DNA of 25,219 nt from Verrucomicrobia bacterium UBA1319 (GTDB lineage: Bacteria > Verrucomicrobiota > Verrucomicrobiia > Limisphaerales > UBA1319). The translations under genes and the position numbers were made by a program. Shown here in pieces: positions 22,926-25,219 of the stretch (within the stretch, counting starts at the first letter, position 1; each line of letters starts with the position of its first letter). The notes under the pieces are model-generated. The model saw only the letters and a list, made by a program, of their open reading frames with translations. It searched no databases and was not told the DNA's origin. Location: assembly GCA_002306985.1 (NCBI GenBank), contig DBTJ01000056.1, positions 13,894 through 39,112 on the forward strand, given 5' to 3'.

Positions 22926-24584
22926 GTGGTGGATCGGAGTTCGCGAAAACCCAAAACCCATAGGGCCGGCAAAATGACATCGAATCATGGAATCCCAGCC
23001 CGGAACGCTTTCCGGCTAGAGTCCTTGAAGCTCAAAACACGTTGTGAACAGATCCAGTTTCAGGAAGCCGGACCGTCAAATAGTTGGGTCCGAGGCTCCG
23101 CCTCGCTAGGTGATCGCTCCTTGGCGCTCGCGCTAACCATTTGGCTGGGATTGTTAACCGGGCTGCCCGCGGGCAAAGCCGCAACCGCGCCGGCAAACTG
23201 GCTTTACACTAAAATGGGAACCAGTTACCTAGTTAAAGGCTTGGGTTTAACGGTTCACGACTATCAAGGTTGCACGATTGTGCTGGCGCAATCCGCACGG
23301 CTGGTAAAACTGGATAAGGACTTCATACGCCCCAACACGATTGCGTTTCAATCGAACGACTGGTTGCTGGTTAAATTCGGCCCCGACAAACGGCCGCTAT
23401 GCCTAAGTAAAGTTGGGGAGGGCGATTTTCCCTATTTCGTCCAACTGGTCACGGATCGACAGGGCAATATCTACGGTTTGGGGAATTTTCGCGGCAACGC
23501 GCGAATCGAGGACGGGAGCACATCTCATCCTTTGCCGAACCAGGGCAAAAATGATTTCCTCCTTGCCCAATGGAACTCAAAACTTGAATTCGTCTTCGCG
23601 CGCGCTTTCGGTGGCCCCGACTACGAATATGCCCATGGGCTTGCTCTGAGTTCGCAAGGTCACCTTATCTTATCCGGCACGTTTATGGGGAGCTTGTCCC
23701 TGCCCGGCATTGGCGCCACCCCCATATGCCTTTCCGGCCAGCAATTGAAATATGATTATTTCATCGCGGATATGACTTTCCAAGGGCAATGCCACTGGGC
23801 GCGGCGCGTTGGCGGGGCTGACTCCCTCATTCCCTCGGCGATTGGGGTCGATCCGGACGGTAATTGTCTGCTGACGGGCGGCTTTGAAACACGCCTGCAA
23901 TTTGACGGAGCCCCGGACTCGGCTAACTTGCGAAGTCGCGGCATGAGCGACTTTTTCCTGGTCAAATACCTCGCAAACGGAGATTTCGCCTGGGCGCGAC
24001 AAGGTGGCGGAACCAATGAAGACTATGGGGTGTGGGCGCTGGTGGATGAACAGGGCGGTTGCTACCTCACCGGCCGCTACGGACCGGGCGCGTGGTTCGG
24101 CGAAGGCCCCACCGCCATGACCCTGGCAGCCAAGGCGGACGCCGACATGTTTATGGCTTGCTATGACAGCCAGGGCAATTTGGCCGGCGCCTTGCGCGTG
24201 GGGGGGCCCGGTCCATGGGTCGATCGGCATTGGACGATCGTATGGGATGAACTCGGCAACCGCTATTTAGTGGGGAAAACCGCGCAACCCGCCCAACTGT
24301 GGCGATTTTCCGCGACGCCCGCCCAGGCCGCCAAGGAGCAGCCATCCCAGACCGCTCAGGCGGATTCCCGTTCCCGCTTCGACGCCATCGCACGCGCACC
24401 CGATGGTTCCATCCAAATCCTCCTTTCCAACCCGCGCACCGCCGTGTACGTGATCGAAGCCTCGGCCGACTTGAACACCTGGATCCCGATCAGCACCAAT
24501 CAAGCGCCCGGAGGCCAGCTGGTGATTAAGGATTTTCTATCCTCCGGCGCGCCGATGGGTTTCTTTCGCGTGCGCCAACCTTAA
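22926..24584 (+). CDS. Secreted SBBP (Gloeo_Verruco) beta-propeller repeat protein with the shared C-terminal tail module; start codon uncertain
   Basis: Six or more repeats of the D-x-x-G-N-x-Y-x-x-G-x-F type: DRQGNIYGLGNFRGNARI, SSQGHLILSGTFMGSLSL, DPDGNCLLTGGFETRLQF, DEQGGCYLTGRYGPGAWF, DSQGNLAGALRVGGPG, DELGNRYLVGKT. A hydrophobic signal-peptide-like segment (LALALTIWLGLLTGLPAGKAATAPA) begins at 23121 (a TTG). The ATG candidates 22926 and 22974 would make the 89-bp repeat coding. It ends ...GFFRVRQP. Confidence 0.6.
   Translation: MVDRSSRKPKTHRAGKMTSNHGIPARNAFRLESLKLKTRCEQIQFQEAGPSNSWVRGSASLGDRSLALALTIWLGLLTGLPAGKAATAPANWLYTKMGTSYLVKGLGLTVHDYQGCTIVLAQSARLVKLDKDFIRPNTIAFQSNDWLLVKFGPDKRPLCLSKVGEGDFPYFVQLVTDRQGNIYGLGNFRGNARIEDGSTSHPLPNQGKNDFLLAQWNSKLEFVFARAFGGPDYEYAHGLALSSQGHLILSGTFMGSLSLPGIGATPICLSGQQLKYDYFIADMTFQGQCHWARRVGGADSLIPSAIGVDPDGNCLLTGGFETRLQFDGAPDSANLRSRGMSDFFLVKYLANGDFAWARQGGGTNEDYGVWALVDEQGGCYLTGRYGPGAWFGEGPTAMTLAAKADADMFMACYDSQGNLAGALRVGGPGPWVDRHWTIVWDELGNRYLVGKTAQPAQLWRFSATPAQAAKEQPSQTAQADSRSRFDAIARAPDGSIQILLSNPRTAVYVIEASADLNTWIPISTNQAPGGQLVIKDFLSSGAPMGFFRVRQP
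23016..23104 (+). repeat. Copy 2 of the 89-bp perfect direct repeat
   Basis: Identical to 2816-2904. It lies inside the longest ORF of the SBBP gene, in frame, but with low third-position GC (about 59%) and rare codons, which suggests it is non-coding. Confidence 0.9.
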
Positions 24585-24635
24585 GAACCCATTCGCAAAA
24601 AGCGCGGCAAGGTATCGCCAGTTCGCGCGCCAAAC

Positions 24636-25219
24636 TCAAGCGCGCTGGCAGGCCGGGCAATAATACGTGCTACGGGCGGCTTGGACCAGGCGACGAATAG
24701 GCGCGCCACACCGGGTGCAAGGCTGGCCCGCGCGATCATACACCCGCAAACGTTCCAAACTGAAATAGCCCGCATCGCGGACGAAAAGTTGCCCAGCCTC
24801 GGGATTGCCGTGACGATCCACCTGAATCGTACTACCCCATTCGATGGCTTCAGCCAGCACTTCGCGAATCGCCCGCCAGAGCCGTTCGACTTGATTGCTC
24901 TTTAGCCGTCGCGCCGCCACGCGGGGTGAAATTTCCGCGCGGAACAACGCTTCGGAGGCGTAGATGTTGCCCACCCCGGCCACCAGGCTTTGATCGAGCA
25001 ACTTTACTTTCACCGCCTGGGCGGAACGCTTCAAGGCTTGCGCGAAATCCGGAACGGTGAACGCCGGACCCAGTGGCTCCGGGCCCAATCGTTCGATGGC
25101 CGACCGGTCCAGCGTAAACCGGCCAAAATATCGAGTATCCTCGAATACAAAAGCCTCCGCGCCCATTTCCAGCACCACGGCGGCATGCTTGGCCAGTGGC
25201 TCGCCCACCCGCTGAAGGG
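24636..25219 (-). CDS. mutM: Formamidopyrimidine-DNA glycosylase (Fpg/MutM), C-terminal approximately 190 aa; the N-terminus lies beyond the right edge of the window
   Basis: H2TH motif '[26 protein letters not shown]' and zinc finger '[25 protein letters not shown]', closely matching E. coli Fpg ([26 protein letters not shown] ... CRVCGTPI...RATFYCRQCQ). Upstream it aligns with DTRYFGRF...LGPEPL = PRRFGAW...LGPEPL, so about 85 N-terminal residues are outside the window. Confidence 0.9.
   Translation of the reverse strand, partial: [193 protein letters not shown]

Noticed and set aside
2816-23104. The 89-bp repeats considered as attL/attR sites of an integrated 20-kb island
   Set aside because: No integrase, transposase or tRNA target is visible, and the intervening genes look like ordinary housekeeping and CAZyme content. 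The idea is not excluded, but it is less likely than a miniature repeat or regulatory element, and is retained only as an alternative inside finding 1.
22556-24584. The C-terminal tails considered as bona fide T9SS (Por secretion) C-terminal domains
   Set aside because: They show only loose resemblance (an NP-containing strand and an aromatic-Arg motif). The tails are shorter than typical T9SS CTDs and end right at the aromatic-Arg motif, without the terminal Lys-rich strand. The rest of the gene content looks Verrucomicrobia- or Planctomycetes-like, not Bacteroidetes-like. I keep it as a lineage-specific tail hypothesis.

Overview
This window is GC-rich (about 60%), apparently chromosomal DNA dominated by genes for secreted carbohydrate-active and surface proteins. 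It reads like a polysaccharide-utilisation / cell-surface region of a Verrucomicrobia- or Planctomycetes-type genome. That placement is an inference from a PSCyt1 'planctomycete cytochrome c' domain, an SBBP (Gloeo_Verruco) beta-propeller repeat protein, many Sec signal peptides and the high GC content. Genes I can support, in order: a partial hypothetical ORF at the left edge (-), a GH36-type alpha-galactosidase (-), a small stand-alone PSCyt1 haem-binding protein (-), a DJ-1/PfpI protein (-), a MscS/MscK-like mechanosensitive channel (+), two weak small ORFs in a low-density stretch (-), a flotillin/YqiK-like SPFH protein (+), a secreted glycoside-hydrolase-like protein of unassigned family (+), a secreted Gly/Pro-rich beta-helix protein (-), an ABC-2 exporter pair with an ATPase and a fused 12-TM permease (-), a GH78-like alpha-L-rhamnosidase (-), a 1052-aa secreted beta-helix protein with a galactose-binding-like domain (+), an SBBP beta-propeller protein (+) and a partial mutM/fpg gene (-) at the right edge. 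I saw no rRNA, tRNA, CRISPR array, transposase or integrase. The signals most worth a second look are an 89-bp, 100%-identical direct repeat present twice exactly 20,200 bp apart, each copy abutting the start of a secreted-protein gene but in opposite relative orientation, and a short C-terminal module shared by four secreted proteins. That module has a W/L-S-(D/N)-P motif and ends [FY][FY]R[LV]R, which looks like a lineage-specific sorting or anchoring tail. All family assignments rest on motif recognition from memory, not on database searches.
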